Positions 18,321-28,050 of a stretch of 64,000 nucleotides of DNA are shown in pieces; position 1 is the stretch's first letter; each line of letters begins with the position of its first letter. The notes beneath the pieces are model-generated. The model ran no database searches. It saw only the letters and a list, made by a program, of their open reading frames with translations, and was not told where the DNA came from. Made by a program: the position numbers and the translations under genes. The DNA comes from Planctomycetota bacterium (lineage in GTDB: Bacteria; Planctomycetota; UBA1135; UBA2386): the NCBI GenBank assembly GCA_965223545.1, contig OZ245006.1, positions 1,792,001 through 1,856,000 of the forward strand, given 5' to 3'.

Positions 18321-19943
18321 CTACGAGCCCACGAACAACTGACGCACGATGTTGTCGATCGCGTTGTCGGCTTTGGCGATCTGGGCACGCCGTTGCCGTC
18401 CCAGCATCCAGCCACGCGGAGTCAGCTGACCGACCTGGGAGGCAGGAGTGGTCGAGATCGCGTGAAGCACATCCCGCAGGTAGAGCAGCGGGCTGATGCC
18501 TTGCTCTCGACACGACTGGACGAGACTCAAGAGGATGAGTGAAGCTTGGGTGCCGTCCTCGGATCCGAAGAAGAGCCAGTTCTTCTTGCCGATCACGACT
18601 GCACGCAGAGCACGCTCGCAACCGTTGTTCGAGATCTCGCGGATGCGGCCATCGGTCAGGAAGCGCTCGAGAGCAGGCCACTGGTTGAGCCCGTAGCGAA
18701 CTCCCTCCATGAGCGGCCCCTTCGGGAGGCTCGGCTGGTCGATGTGCATCTGCTCGAGCCAAGCCTTGAGCGCGTTCGCAATCGGGCGAGAGTCGCGCTG
18801 ACGGACCTCGACCAGCTCGTCATCCGTGAAGGGTCGACCATCTTTGCCCTTCTTGGCGACGCTCTCGATCGCGAACAGCTTGCCGATCCAGCCCAGAGCC
18901 TTCTCCGTGGTCGAGTCGCCGAGCTTCCGCGCATTCACGAAGTAGCGACGAAGGTGTGCCCAGCATCCGATGCGCGCGATGCTGGTTGGATCGAGATCGC
19001 TGTAGCAGTCATGGCCATCGCACTGCAACCGACCACCGCGGTCGCCCAAGACCTCTTTGGGGCTGCCGCGATTGCGTGAGTCCGTAGCGGTGTAGAAAAC
19101 CCCGGCGTGTTGATCGCGCCACGCCCACACGTGGATCTTTTTCTGTCCGGGGTTTCGGCCGTTGCGCTGGTTGCCGTAGGTGTCGTCCACCTGCAGGACG
19201 GAGGTGTCGAGGCTCTCGAGAACTTGCTCGACATGGGCATCGAACACGGGCTTCAGGAGCTCGGCACAGCGCATCGCCGAAGTGCATAGGACGCTACGCG
19301 ACAGGCTGAGCCCCTCGGCTGCGTACTTCTTCTCCAACCGCGCGTACGGCATGTGGTTGGCAAAGCGGTCGAAGATGATCTGCGCAAGGAAGCCGGGGCC
19401 GAGGATGCTTTTGTCGAGGACTCGGGTGGGGCCCGCGGCGACGACGACGTAGCCCTGACAGGTCGCGCAGGAGTACTTCTTCCTCACGATCTGGTGGACG
19501 AACGAGAGCTCGATGCGCTCGAGCTCCTGCGAGACCTCTTCGCCGAACTCCCGACGGCCGTTGCCGCAGCAAGGGCACAGCAGGTCCTCGCCCTCGATCG
19601 TGAATACGGAGCGTTGCCGCGGAAGATGCTCTGGGAAGTCCTTGCGTCGCTTGGTGCGCTTGCGCTTGTGCTCGGGGACGGTGATCTCTTCGGCCTCTTC
19701 TTCGGCCGCCTTGGCGTCGGCTCCCGCTTCCTCTACAGCCTCTTGCGCGAACGGCAGCAGCTGTCGCGGGTCGATGTAGCGGCTCTTCTCCGAGCGGCGA
19801 CCGAACAGCATGCGCTGAAGGTCGGACATCTGCGACTTCAGCGACGAGATCTGCGTGAGCAGATCCGGGATCAAGGCACGTAGCTGCGCCTCATCCAGTG
19901 CGTCGACGTTGACCGTTTGCTTGCGACCGCCCATCGCGACCAT
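18321..19943 (-). CDS. tnpC: IS66 DDE transposase TnpC
   Basis: Same protein as 4089..5711 except one residue. Confidence 0.95.
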   Translation of the reverse strand: MVAMGGRKQTVNVDALDEAQLRALIPDLLTQISSLKSQMSDLQRMLFGRRSEKSRYIDPRQLLPFAQEAVEEAGADAKAAEEEAEEITVPEHKRKRTKRRKDFPEHLPRQRSVFTIEGEDLLCPCCGNGRREFGEEVSQELERIELSFVHQIVRKKYSCATCQGYVVVAAGPTRVLDKSILGPGFLAQIIFDRFANHMPYARLEKKYAAEGLSLSRSVLCTSAMRCAELLKPVFDAHVEQVLESLDTSVLQVDDTYGNQRNGRNPGQKKIHVWAWRDQHAGVFYTATDSRNRGSPKEVLGDRGGRLQCDGHDCYSDLDPTSIARIGCWAHLRRYFVNARKLGDSTTEKALGWIGKLFAIESVAKKGKDGRPFTDDELVEVRQRDSRPIANALKAWLEQMHIDQPSLPKGPLMEGVRYGLNQWPALERFLTDGRIREISNNGCERALRAVVIGKKNWLFFGSEDGTQASLILLSLVQSCREQGISPLLYLRDVLHAISTTPASQVGQLTPRGWMLGRQRRAQIAKADNAIDNIVRQLFVGS

Positions 19944-20304
19944 TGATACGAACAGAGCGCGAGTAATGCCGACGAAACTTGGCGGATTTCAGATCAATCC
20001 CTTCGAGCAACATCACGAGCTGTGCGCGCTCGACTTCGACATGTGTGGCGTCGCCGCTCTTGGGACGCCAACTGTCAAACGTGCCGCGCTCGAGTCGCTT
20101 CATCGAGATCCAGAAACCGTTGCGATCCCAGAACAAGATCTTCACGCGATCGCGACGCCGGTTGAAGAACGCGAAGACGTCGCCATCGAACGGATCCCGA
20201 TGAAAGCTGTGCTGGACGATCGCGCTCAGCCCGTCGAACGACTTCCTCATGTCGGTTGGCTCGTTGGCGACGTACACGCGCACGCCCGCTGGGAAGGCCA
20301 GCAT
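19891..20304 (-). CDS. tnpB: IS66 accessory protein TnpB
   Basis: Same translation as 3728..4141. Confidence 0.95.
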   Translation of the reverse strand: MLAFPAGVRVYVANEPTDMRKSFDGLSAIVQHSFHRDPFDGDVFAFFNRRRDRVKILFWDRNGFWISMKRLERGTFDSWRPKSGDATHVEVERAQLVMLLEGIDLKSAKFRRHYSRSVRINGRDGRSQANGQRRRTG

Positions 20305-20633
20305 CAGTCGGCCACAGAGTCCAGCAAGCGGTACGCGATGTCTTGAGCAATCGCGCCCTCGAACTCCGCGACGACGCCCGCCGGGAACCTGAGCCGCACA
20401 AGGCTCGAGCTCTCGCCCTCGTCGTTACTCGTCCGGCCCCGACCATCGCGATCGACGACTCGGACCTCCGCGAACCCAGTGCTCTCCTCCGATCGCAACC
20501 GATGCGACCACCAACTCAGCGTCCCGATCGGGATACCGAACCGCTCCGAGAGCGCACGCAGCGAAAACCCTTCCTGCTCGCGGAGCGCGAGAACCTGCCG
20601 GATCTCACGGCGACGACTTGCTCGCTTCGACAT
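20304..20633 (-). CDS. tnpA: IS66 accessory protein TnpA
   Basis: Same translation as 3399..3728. Confidence 0.85.
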   Translation of the reverse strand: MSKRASRRREIRQVLALREQEGFSLRALSERFGIPIGTLSWWSHRLRSEESTGFAEVRVVDRDGRGRTSNDEGESSSLVRLRFPAGVVAEFEGAIAQDIAYRLLDSVAD

Positions 20634-20690
20634 GGCCGCATCGTGGCGAACGACTCGAGCGTTTGCAGACGTGGTTGCCGGAACAGTTAC

Positions 20691-20788
20691 TGCAGTCGAT
20701 CGAGGAGCAAACGCGCGCCCAGCAAGACAAGCAGCAGCGCCGCAAGGAAGCCAAGCGGCGCGCGCGTCGCCTCGGCGCCGACTCCTGA
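20691..20788 (+). pseudogene. C-terminal part of the gene split at 5833
   Basis: (V)QSIEEQTRAQQDKQQRRKEAKRRARRLGADS*, stop at 20786-20788. Confidence 0.8.
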
Positions 20789-20843
20789 CTCCGCCGTCTG
20801 CTTTCGTTGCGAGGCGAACAACGCGCAGCAAGTCGCGCCGCCG

Positions 20844-22040
20844 CTACCGCCCCGACGCCAACTCCACCCGCCGCAACACCTCAACCCCCCGCACCTCCAA
20901 CCGCACGTCCTGCCCCCCGTGCAGCTGCAACCCGAGGTGCCCGCGGCTGCGCCCCGCATCCCCGCGCAACTCCGCAGTCCGCACCCCATTGAGGTGCACC
21001 GTCACGCGCCCCCCGCGCGCCGAAACCGTCATCGTGTTCCACTCCCCCGCGCGAAACCCACTCTCGGCCGGCGGCCGCTGCAACCACTGCCGTCCACCGG
21101 TCTCGTACAACCCACCCGTGTGCTTGGCCGGGTCGGCGTCGATCTCGGCCTGGAGGCCGTGCACCATCACACTCGCCTCGACCGGTTCGCAACGGAAGTA
21201 GAAGCCGCTGTTACCGCTAAGGCAGCGGAACTGGAGGCGGGCGGTGAAGTCGCCATACATCGCTTCGCTCTGCAGGATGCCGTGGCTCGGGTCGGATGCC
21301 TCTTGTTCGCCGATCAGGATGCCGTCTTCGAAGCGCCAAGTGCCGCCGCCGCGAAGCTGCCAGCCGGCGAGGGTTTCGTCGAGCACCGGCTGCCACTGGT
21401 GGTGGCCGAGGTCTTTGATGCGCAGGCCGCGCCAGCGGACGTGGCGGCCGACTTTGTCGGCGTCTTTGCCGACGCCGTGCACCTGTAAGGCGATGAAGCC
21501 GGTGAGGTCTTCGCTGTCGACCAGATCGGCGGCGGGGACGCCGTTGACCCAGGTGCGGATGTGGTCGCCGATGCACAGGACGCGGTAGTGGTTCCAGCCT
21601 TCGACGTCGAAGGCTTGGCGCGCTTCGTCCTGGCCGTCGAGATCGTCGAGCCAGCCGCGGCGGGCCTCGTCGTAGATGCCGCCCGACCAGGCGCGATCGG
21701 AGGGGTCGATCTCGACTTGCAGGCCGTAGACGCGCTTCTTCTCGGGCCGCACGTGGCTGCGGATCTGCACGCCACTGTTGATGCGGGGGTCGACCTGCAG
21801 CTCGAGCTCGAGTTCGAAGTCGCCGTACTCGCGCTCGGTGCACAAGAACGTATTGGGGGACGACGGCACGGTGGTGCCGGTGACGACATCGCCGTCGCGC
21901 TCGTAGGTCGCCTTGCCGCCGACGATGCGCAGGCCCTCGAGACCGTCACCCGGTAGCAGGGGCCGCCACTGTGGCTGCGCAGCTGCCGCACTCGCTACCG
22001 CCAACGCAACCGACGCCGCGAGCCCAAGGGCGCCGCGCAT
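20844..22040 (-). CDS. Secreted tandem DUF1080 (3-keto-glycoside-processing family) protein
   Basis: Signal peptide; two domains each with YGDF..NSG..GLQxEID..GG(I/L)Y..WN..G(F/H)(I/L)xLQxH. Confidence 0.85.
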   Translation of the reverse strand: MRGALGLAASVALAVASAAAAQPQWRPLLPGDGLEGLRIVGGKATYERDGDVVTGTTVPSSPNTFLCTEREYGDFELELELQVDPRINSGVQIRSHVRPEKKRVYGLQVEIDPSDRAWSGGIYDEARRGWLDDLDGQDEARQAFDVEGWNHYRVLCIGDHIRTWVNGVPAADLVDSEDLTGFIALQVHGVGKDADKVGRHVRWRGLRIKDLGHHQWQPVLDETLAGWQLRGGGTWRFEDGILIGEQEASDPSHGILQSEAMYGDFTARLQFRCLSGNSGFYFRCEPVEASVMVHGLQAEIDADPAKHTGGLYETGGRQWLQRPPAESGFRAGEWNTMTVSARGGRVTVHLNGVRTAELRGDAGRSRGHLGLQLHGGQDVRLEVRGVEVLRRVELASGR

Positions 22041-23470
22041 CAGCTGACCTGCGGGAAGGTGAACGGGCCGCGTCCCGGCCGCCACGCGAGCGCATTGGCG
22101 GCGTCGGCGTGCTCGCCTTCGAACTGCTCGCCTTGCGCGTCGAACGACAACCGCGGCCCCAGCGTGTAGTCGGTCGAGCCGGCGTCGACGCCGTTCTGCA
22201 CGAGGTGGTCGCGGAAGCGGCGGAAGGACTCGTTGCCCGGCTCGCAGTCGCCGAACGGCGTCTCCGCGTCGGCGAGCGGCCGCGCTTCGCCGAGCTGGTG
22301 CGAGACGTTGGCCATGTGGCACAGCGCCGACGACAGGTGGCCCTCGGCGATCTCGGCGGTGAGCACCGAGGCGTCGTTGGCGAGGGCTGCGTCGACGAAG
22401 TTCTGGAAGTGATCGCCGCCGCCGGTGAACGTTTTGATCGGTTTGCCGTCGTGGTCGAACGCCACCACCTTGCCGTAGCTGGCACTGACCAGATAGCCGT
22501 GCTCGCAGTGGAACACCACGCCGATGCCGGTGTCGCGGTAGCCGCGCGTGTTGAGGCCGCGCACCTCGAAGATCAGCTGCTGGTCGCCGCGCTCGAACAG
22601 CGCGACCTGCGTGTTCGGGGTGTTGCCGTCGTCGTCGTAGCCGAAGCGGCCGCCGACGCTGCGCACGTTGTCCGGCAGCTCGGCCCAAGCCAGCCCCCAG
22701 CGCGCGATGTCCATCTGGTGCACGCCCTGATTGCCGATGTCGCCATTGCCGGTGTTGAACACCCAATGCCAGTCGTAGTGCACCTCCTTGCGCCGCAAGG
22801 GCTCGAGCCGCGCCGGGCCGGTCCACAGGTCGTAGTCCAGCGTCTCCGGCGGCACCTGCGGCCCGTCGACCTTGCCGATGGTCTCACGCCGCTTGTAGCA
22901 CAGTGCCCGCGCGACCTGCACGCGGCCGAGTCCGCCCTCGCGCAGCCAGGTGATGGCGTCGTGGGTCGCCTTCATCGAGCGCGCCTGGGTGCCGTGCTGG
23001 CAGACGCGGCCGCTGCGGCGTGCTGCCTCGACCACCTTGCGCCCCTCGATCACGTCGTGGCTGACCGGCTTCTCGACGTAGACGTGCTTGCCGGCGTCCA
23101 GCGCCCACACCGCCGCCAACGCGTGCCAGTGATTGGGCGTGGCGATCGACACCGCATCGATGGTGTCGTCCTCCATCACCGCGCGCAGGTCCTTGACGTA
23201 GCGCGCGTCGGGCGCCGCCTGCATCGCCAGCTCGATCACGCCCTCGTCGGGATCGCAGATCACCGCGACTTCGGCGTCGGGGCTCTTCTTGTAGGCACCG
23301 ACATGACCGCGACCACGGCCGCGCACGCCGAGCACCGCGACCCGCAGCGGGTCTCTCCGCGGGCGACGGCGCTGTGCGTCGTCCGACGGCTGCACCAGCG
23401 GCACCGGCAGCGCCACGGCGGCGGCCAGCAGGCTGTCTTCCAAGAACTCGCGGCGGTTGCGTTTGTGCAT
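22040..23470 (-). CDS. Tat-exported Gfo/Idh/MocA oxidoreductase
   Basis: NRREFL twin-arginine signal, GVRGRG, ATPNHWH, YVEKP, GNQGVHQMD. Confidence 0.9.
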   Translation of the reverse strand: MHKRNRREFLEDSLLAAAVALPVPLVQPSDDAQRRRPRRDPLRVAVLGVRGRGRGHVGAYKKSPDAEVAVICDPDEGVIELAMQAAPDARYVKDLRAVMEDDTIDAVSIATPNHWHALAAVWALDAGKHVYVEKPVSHDVIEGRKVVEAARRSGRVCQHGTQARSMKATHDAITWLREGGLGRVQVARALCYKRRETIGKVDGPQVPPETLDYDLWTGPARLEPLRRKEVHYDWHWVFNTGNGDIGNQGVHQMDIARWGLAWAELPDNVRSVGGRFGYDDDGNTPNTQVALFERGDQQLIFEVRGLNTRGYRDTGIGVVFHCEHGYLVSASYGKVVAFDHDGKPIKTFTGGGDHFQNFVDAALANDASVLTAEIAEGHLSSALCHMANVSHQLGEARPLADAETPFGDCEPGNESFRRFRDHLVQNGVDAGSTDYTLGPRLSFDAQGEQFEGEHADAANALAWRPGRGPFTFPQVS

Positions 23471-23503
23471 GATTCCTCTTCTTACGAGCAGCGGCCTTGC
23501 CTG

Positions 23504-24328
23504 CTATCGACCGGCGCCGGGCGGCGACCGGAGAACGCGAAAGCCCAAGTGATCGCCGTCCGGCACCCACCATACGCCAGGTGGCACGTTGGGGTCGTCG
23601 AGCACCCAATCCGGCTCGAACGCCAACCGCGCGGTCGGCGTCACCAATGCGGCCTCATCCGACCACGAGCCGCCGCGCAACACCGCGCGATCGGGCTGGC
23701 TCGGGTCGAACGGGCCGGCGCAGTACTCCCACAGGTTGCCGAGCATGTCGTGCAGGCCGAAGCGGTTGGCGGCCTTGCCGCCGACCTCGTGCGTCATCTC
23801 GTCGCTGTTGGCCTCGTACCACGCGGCCGCGTCGAGCCCCCCAGCACCCGAGTCGGCGCAAGCGAGCTCCCACTCGGCCTCGGTCGGCAGCCGATACGAC
23901 GCGCCGGTGTTGGCCGACAGCCACTCGCAGTAGCGGCGCGCGGCCTGCCAACTCATGCCGACCGCCGGCCGCCGGCCGGTGCCCCAGTAGCGATCGTACG
24001 GAGTGACGTCATCGAGTGGCTTGGACGGCCGCGCGACCGCGTCCACCGGCGGCGACAGGCCGAGCGCGCCGTCGAAGTCGCAGTAGGACAAGTATTCATC
24101 CCAGGTGACTTCGGTGCGACCGATCCAGAAGCCGCCCGGCTCGACCCAGACCATGTCGAACGCGATCTCGGTGCCGCGGATGGTCTCGGTGTAGCTCGCC
24201 GGCGCGGCGGCGGCGGAGGCATCCTCGGGCACGCCATCGCCGGCGGCCTCGCACGCGAACAGCACGGCCAACGCCAGAGCAGAGATCGGTGCCGCGAGAG
24301 CAGAGGGAGACGCGCGCCGCATCAGCAT
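23504..24328 (-). CDS. FGE-sulfatase (SUMF1/EgtB/PvdO) domain lipoprotein
   Basis: LFAC lipobox-like, TEVTW, YRLPTEAEWE, NRFGLHDMLGNLWE, RGGSW, LGFR. Confidence 0.85.
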   Translation of the reverse strand: MLMRRASPSALAAPISALALAVLFACEAAGDGVPEDASAAAAPASYTETIRGTEIAFDMVWVEPGGFWIGRTEVTWDEYLSYCDFDGALGLSPPVDAVARPSKPLDDVTPYDRYWGTGRRPAVGMSWQAARRYCEWLSANTGASYRLPTEAEWELACADSGAGGLDAAAWYEANSDEMTHEVGGKAANRFGLHDMLGNLWEYCAGPFDPSQPDRAVLRGGSWSDEAALVTPTARLAFEPDWVLDDPNVPPGVWWVPDGDHLGFRVLRSPPGAGR

Positions 24329-24390
24329 GGTCGCGGCCCACTGTAGGCGGCCACGCCGCCGGGCGCACGCACTGACAAGCGAAGCAGCCC

Positions 24391-25962
24391 CTACCAGCCG
24401 GACGCCCGCCCCAACCGCTCCGGGCGCTCGTCGGCCTGCGCCACCTGATGACCGATCCAGTACGCCAGCCGCGCGACGCGCTCCATCTTGTCGCCGTCGA
24501 GCTTGTCGGCGTGGTCGGTGACCTGGTGGTAGTCCTCGTGCTCGCCACAGCAGAAGAACACCACCGGCACGCCGCGCTTGGCGAAGTTGAAGTGGTCGCT
24601 GCGCGTGTAGTACTTGTCGCCGTTGGTGAAGCTCAGGTCGAAGTGCGAAGCCAACACCGCCGCATCCTTGACGATCGTCGAGAACATCGAGTGCCGGTAG
24701 CTCGGCGTCACCGTGATCTCGTCCGCGCCCGACTCGGGGCCGACGCGGCCGATCATGTCGATGTTGACGTCGGCGACGATCGACGGCAGCGGCCAAGTCG
24801 GGTTCTCGGCAAACCACTGCGAGCCCCACAGCCCGAGCTCCTCGCCGGACACCGCGAGGAAGAGGATCGACCGCCGCGGGCGATTGGCCGCGGTGGTGTA
24901 GGCCTCGGCGATCTCGAGCAGCCCGGCCGTGCCGGACGCGTTGTCGTCGGCGCCGTTGAACACTTCGCCGTCATAGCGCGTGCCGACGTGGTCCATGTGC
25001 GCGGAGTAGACCACGGCTTCGGCGGCGAGCTCGGGATCGCTGCCGCGCAGCACGGCGACGACGTTCTCGGCTTTGGCGTCCTGCTCGACGGTGACCGCCA
25101 CGGACAGACCACCCGCACACGAAGCGCCGACCGCGGCGGCATCCACCGGATCCTCGACCCCCAACGCCTCCAACAGGGTTGCCGACAGCCGCGCCGACAA
25201 GAAGCACTGCGGGACCGACACCCTCCAGGCGTTGGCCATCTCGCCCATGCCCTGATCGTCGCCGAACGACACCAGCGGCTTGCCCGGCGACAGGCCGAAG
25301 TAGTTCATCGCGGTGGGAATGCACTGGTCGTCGTCGATGCAGTAGACGATCGCCACCGCACCGGCCTTGGCGGCGCGCCGCGCCAGCCCGCGCGCGCGGC
25401 CGAACGTGCGCAGCGACGCACCGAAGACCTCCTCGATCTTGGTGGTGCGCAGCTTCGGCGCCCGCAGCGTCGCCACCGCGATCTTGCCGGTCAGCTCGGG
25501 CAGCGGCTCGCGGGCGGAGACGAAGACCCAGCCCTCACCCTCGACCGGATCCATCGACGTCGACGGCAGCACGCCGAAGCCGGCGCCGTAGCGCTGCTCG
25601 CCGATCCGCAGCGCCGCACCGGACAGACTGGTGCGCTCGATCGGGTAGTGCTGGAAATAGCTGCGCGCGCCGTCCTCGCCGGCGTCCTCTCGTGGATCAC
25701 CCATCGGCTCGAGGCCGAGCTGCTCGAACCGGGCCGCGATGTAGCGCGCGGCCTCGACCTGGCCGGAAGTGCCGGTCAGCCGACCGCCGAACGCGTCCGA
25801 CGACAAATGCTCCGCGTGCGCCAGGAGCCCCACCCGATCGATCGCCTCCATGCCGTCGGGCGGCGTGGCGGCAGCCGGCGGCGCCTGGGCCACTGCCACT
25901 GCCGCCGCGGCGACCACCGACGAAGAGAACCGAACCAACGCCACCGCCGAGAATCGATGCAT
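24391..25962 (-). CDS. Secreted M28-family metallopeptidase
   Basis: SAHMDH, GADDNASG, GEELGLWGS, NIDMIGR, SDH, YHQVTD. Confidence 0.9.
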   Translation of the reverse strand: MHRFSAVALVRFSSSVVAAAAVAVAQAPPAAATPPDGMEAIDRVGLLAHAEHLSSDAFGGRLTGTSGQVEAARYIAARFEQLGLEPMGDPREDAGEDGARSYFQHYPIERTSLSGAALRIGEQRYGAGFGVLPSTSMDPVEGEGWVFVSAREPLPELTGKIAVATLRAPKLRTTKIEEVFGASLRTFGRARGLARRAAKAGAVAIVYCIDDDQCIPTAMNYFGLSPGKPLVSFGDDQGMGEMANAWRVSVPQCFLSARLSATLLEALGVEDPVDAAAVGASCAGGLSVAVTVEQDAKAENVVAVLRGSDPELAAEAVVYSAHMDHVGTRYDGEVFNGADDNASGTAGLLEIAEAYTTAANRPRRSILFLAVSGEELGLWGSQWFAENPTWPLPSIVADVNIDMIGRVGPESGADEITVTPSYRHSMFSTIVKDAAVLASHFDLSFTNGDKYYTRSDHFNFAKRGVPVVFFCCGEHEDYHQVTDHADKLDGDKMERVARLAYWIGHQVAQADERPERLGRASGW

Positions 25963-26067
25963 GCCACAACCTCCGCGGCGCAACGCCGCGCTGGCCCCAA
26001 ACGTAGCCGTCGCCGGGCCCCACCTGTCAATACGCCGGCTGGCCGCGCCGCGTGAGTGGCGTTTACC

Positions 26068-27735
26068 ATGGCCCGCGTGCAACCGACGTCCGTGGAGCTT
26101 CTCCGCCGCGCGCTGCTCAGCCGCCGCGCGGTGCTCGGCGGGGCCCTGGCAGCCGGCGCCGCCGGTGTCTTGCCGCGAACGCGGCGCGACCCGGCCGCCG
26201 ATCTGGCCGCGACGACGCGGCTGCTGGGCCTCGAATTCCTCGACGAAGAACGCGGCCAGGCCGAGTCCCGACTGACCGCGCTGCGCGACAGCTATCACGC
26301 GCTGCGCGCGGCGCCGCTCGACCGACAGACCCCGCCGGCGCTGCGCTTCGATCCGTCGGCCCCGCCACCGGCGGCCGCGCCGATGCCGCAGTGGACCCCG
26401 CCGCCCGCACCGCGCATCGAGAGCGCGCTCGACCTCGCGTTCGCCAGCGTCGAGGAGCTCGGCGCGCTGTTGCGCAGCGGCGCGACCAGCTCGCGAGCGC
26501 TGACCGAGCTCGCGCTCGAGCGGCTCGAGACGCACGACGCAACCCTGCACTGCGTCGTGACCCTGCTGCGCGAGCAGGCGCTCGCCGAAGCCGAGCGCGC
26601 CGATGCCGAGATCGCCCGCGGCGAGTGGCGCGGGCCGCTGCACGGCATTCCCTACGGGGCGAAGGACCTCCTCGCCGCCCGCGGCGCACCGACCACGTTC
26701 GGCGCAGCGCCGTTTCGCGACCAAGTCATCGACGCCGACGCCGCGGTGATCGAGAAGCTGCGCGATGCCGGCGCGGTGCTGGTGGCCAAGCTGTCGCTCG
26801 GCGCGCTGGCGATGGGCGATCTGTGGTACGGCGGCCGCACGCGCAACCCGTGGCGTCCCGAGCAGGGATCGAGCGGCTCGTCGGCGGGTTCCGCCGCCGC
26901 CGTCGCCGCCGGCCTGGTGCCGTTCGCGATCGGCTCCGAGACGCTGGGCTCGATCGTGTCGCCGTGCACGCGCTGCGGCGCCACCGGCCTGCGCCCGACC
27001 TTCGGCGCGGTCAGCCGTGCCGGCGCCATGCCGCTGTCGTGGACGATGGACAAGCTCGGCCCGATCGCCCGCACCGCCGCCGACTGCGCGCTGGTGTACG
27101 ACGCGATGCGCGGCGCCGACCCGCGCGACCCCGACAGCCGCGATACCGCGTTCGACTGGCAGCCGCGGCGGTCGCTCGACGGCCTGCGCATCGGCGTGCT
27201 CGGCCAAGAACAATGGCGCGAGGCACCCGAGGCCGCGTTTCTCGACACCCTTGGCAAAGCCGGCGCGAGACCGGTCGAAGTGCAGCTGCCCGACGCGCCG
27301 CTGCGCGACATGCTGGTGATCCTGCACGCGGAGGCGTCGGCCGCGTTCGAGCGCCTGGTGCGAGAGGGCGGCGTCCGCGGGCTCACCGGGCAGCGGGATC
27401 GTGATTGGCCCAATCAAATGCGCACGGCGCGCACCATCCCAGCGGTCGAGTACCTGACGGCGCAACGGTTGCGGAGCGACGTGATCGCCGGCACCCACCG
27501 CGCCCTCGACGCAGTCGACGTGTGGTTGGCGCCGACCTTCGGCAACGCCGCCTTGACGCTCAGCAACCTCACCGGGCATCCCTGCATGGTGATGCCGTTG
27601 GCCGCGCGGGACGACGGCCGCCCTTTGTCGATCACGGTGCTCGGCCGGATGTGGGGCGAGGCGGCGATCACGACCGTCGCCGAGCATTGGCAAGCCCATT
27701 CCGAGTGGCACCGGCGACGCCCGCCGCTCGACTGA
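26068..27735 (+). CDS. Amidase-signature family enzyme with Tat-like leader
   Basis: GPLHGIPYGAKD, GSSGSSAGS, GSETLGSI; SRRAVL; alternative GTG start at 26077. Confidence 0.9.
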   Translation: MARVQPTSVELLRRALLSRRAVLGGALAAGAAGVLPRTRRDPAADLAATTRLLGLEFLDEERGQAESRLTALRDSYHALRAAPLDRQTPPALRFDPSAPPPAAAPMPQWTPPPAPRIESALDLAFASVEELGALLRSGATSSRALTELALERLETHDATLHCVVTLLREQALAEAERADAEIARGEWRGPLHGIPYGAKDLLAARGAPTTFGAAPFRDQVIDADAAVIEKLRDAGAVLVAKLSLGALAMGDLWYGGRTRNPWRPEQGSSGSSAGSAAAVAAGLVPFAIGSETLGSIVSPCTRCGATGLRPTFGAVSRAGAMPLSWTMDKLGPIARTAADCALVYDAMRGADPRDPDSRDTAFDWQPRRSLDGLRIGVLGQEQWREAPEAAFLDTLGKAGARPVEVQLPDAPLRDMLVILHAEASAAFERLVREGGVRGLTGQRDRDWPNQMRTARTIPAVEYLTAQRLRSDVIAGTHRALDAVDVWLAPTFGNAALTLSNLTGHPCMVMPLAARDDGRPLSITVLGRMWGEAAITTVAEHWQAHSEWHRRRPPLD

Positions 27736-27750
27736 CCTCGGAGCCGCCCG

Positions 27751-28050
27751 GTGCGTGGTGCAGGTGTCATGGTCCCCTTGGCGTTCATTGCCGCGTGCGA
27801 GAAACCCCTCGCAACGACCGCCAACGAGGTGGAGGACGTCGAGGCCGAGGTCAGGGTAGCTGCCATGGACGAGACCGGGTTCTGGCAGATGATCGCGAAT
27901 GCCAACGGGACGGCGGGGCGCGATGCCGACGCCAAAATGCGGACGCTCGAGGCCGAGCTGAAGAAGCTCACGTCTTCATCGCTCCGCAACTTCACCCGGT
28001 CACCGCCGAGCGCGGTGCGAGTATCCTGCCGGCCCGCTCCAAACCCATGA
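27751..28050 (+). CDS. Small protein resembling a DUF4240 N-terminus (possibly truncated)
   Basis: MDETGFWQMI...LEAELKKL....RNF; ATGA overlap with the next gene. Confidence 0.35.
   Translation: MRGAGVMVPLAFIAACEKPLATTANEVEDVEAEVRVAAMDETGFWQMIANANGTAGRDADAKMRTLEAELKKLTSSSLRNFTRSPPSAVRVSCRPAPNP

Larger units (their letters stand above)
18200..20690 (-). mobile_element. IS66-family element A, copy 2 (inverted)
   Basis: Reverse complement of 3342-5832; the only difference seen is TnpC H->Q (5531 vs 18501); flanks AATCTGCG and TGCAGTCG. Confidence 0.95.
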
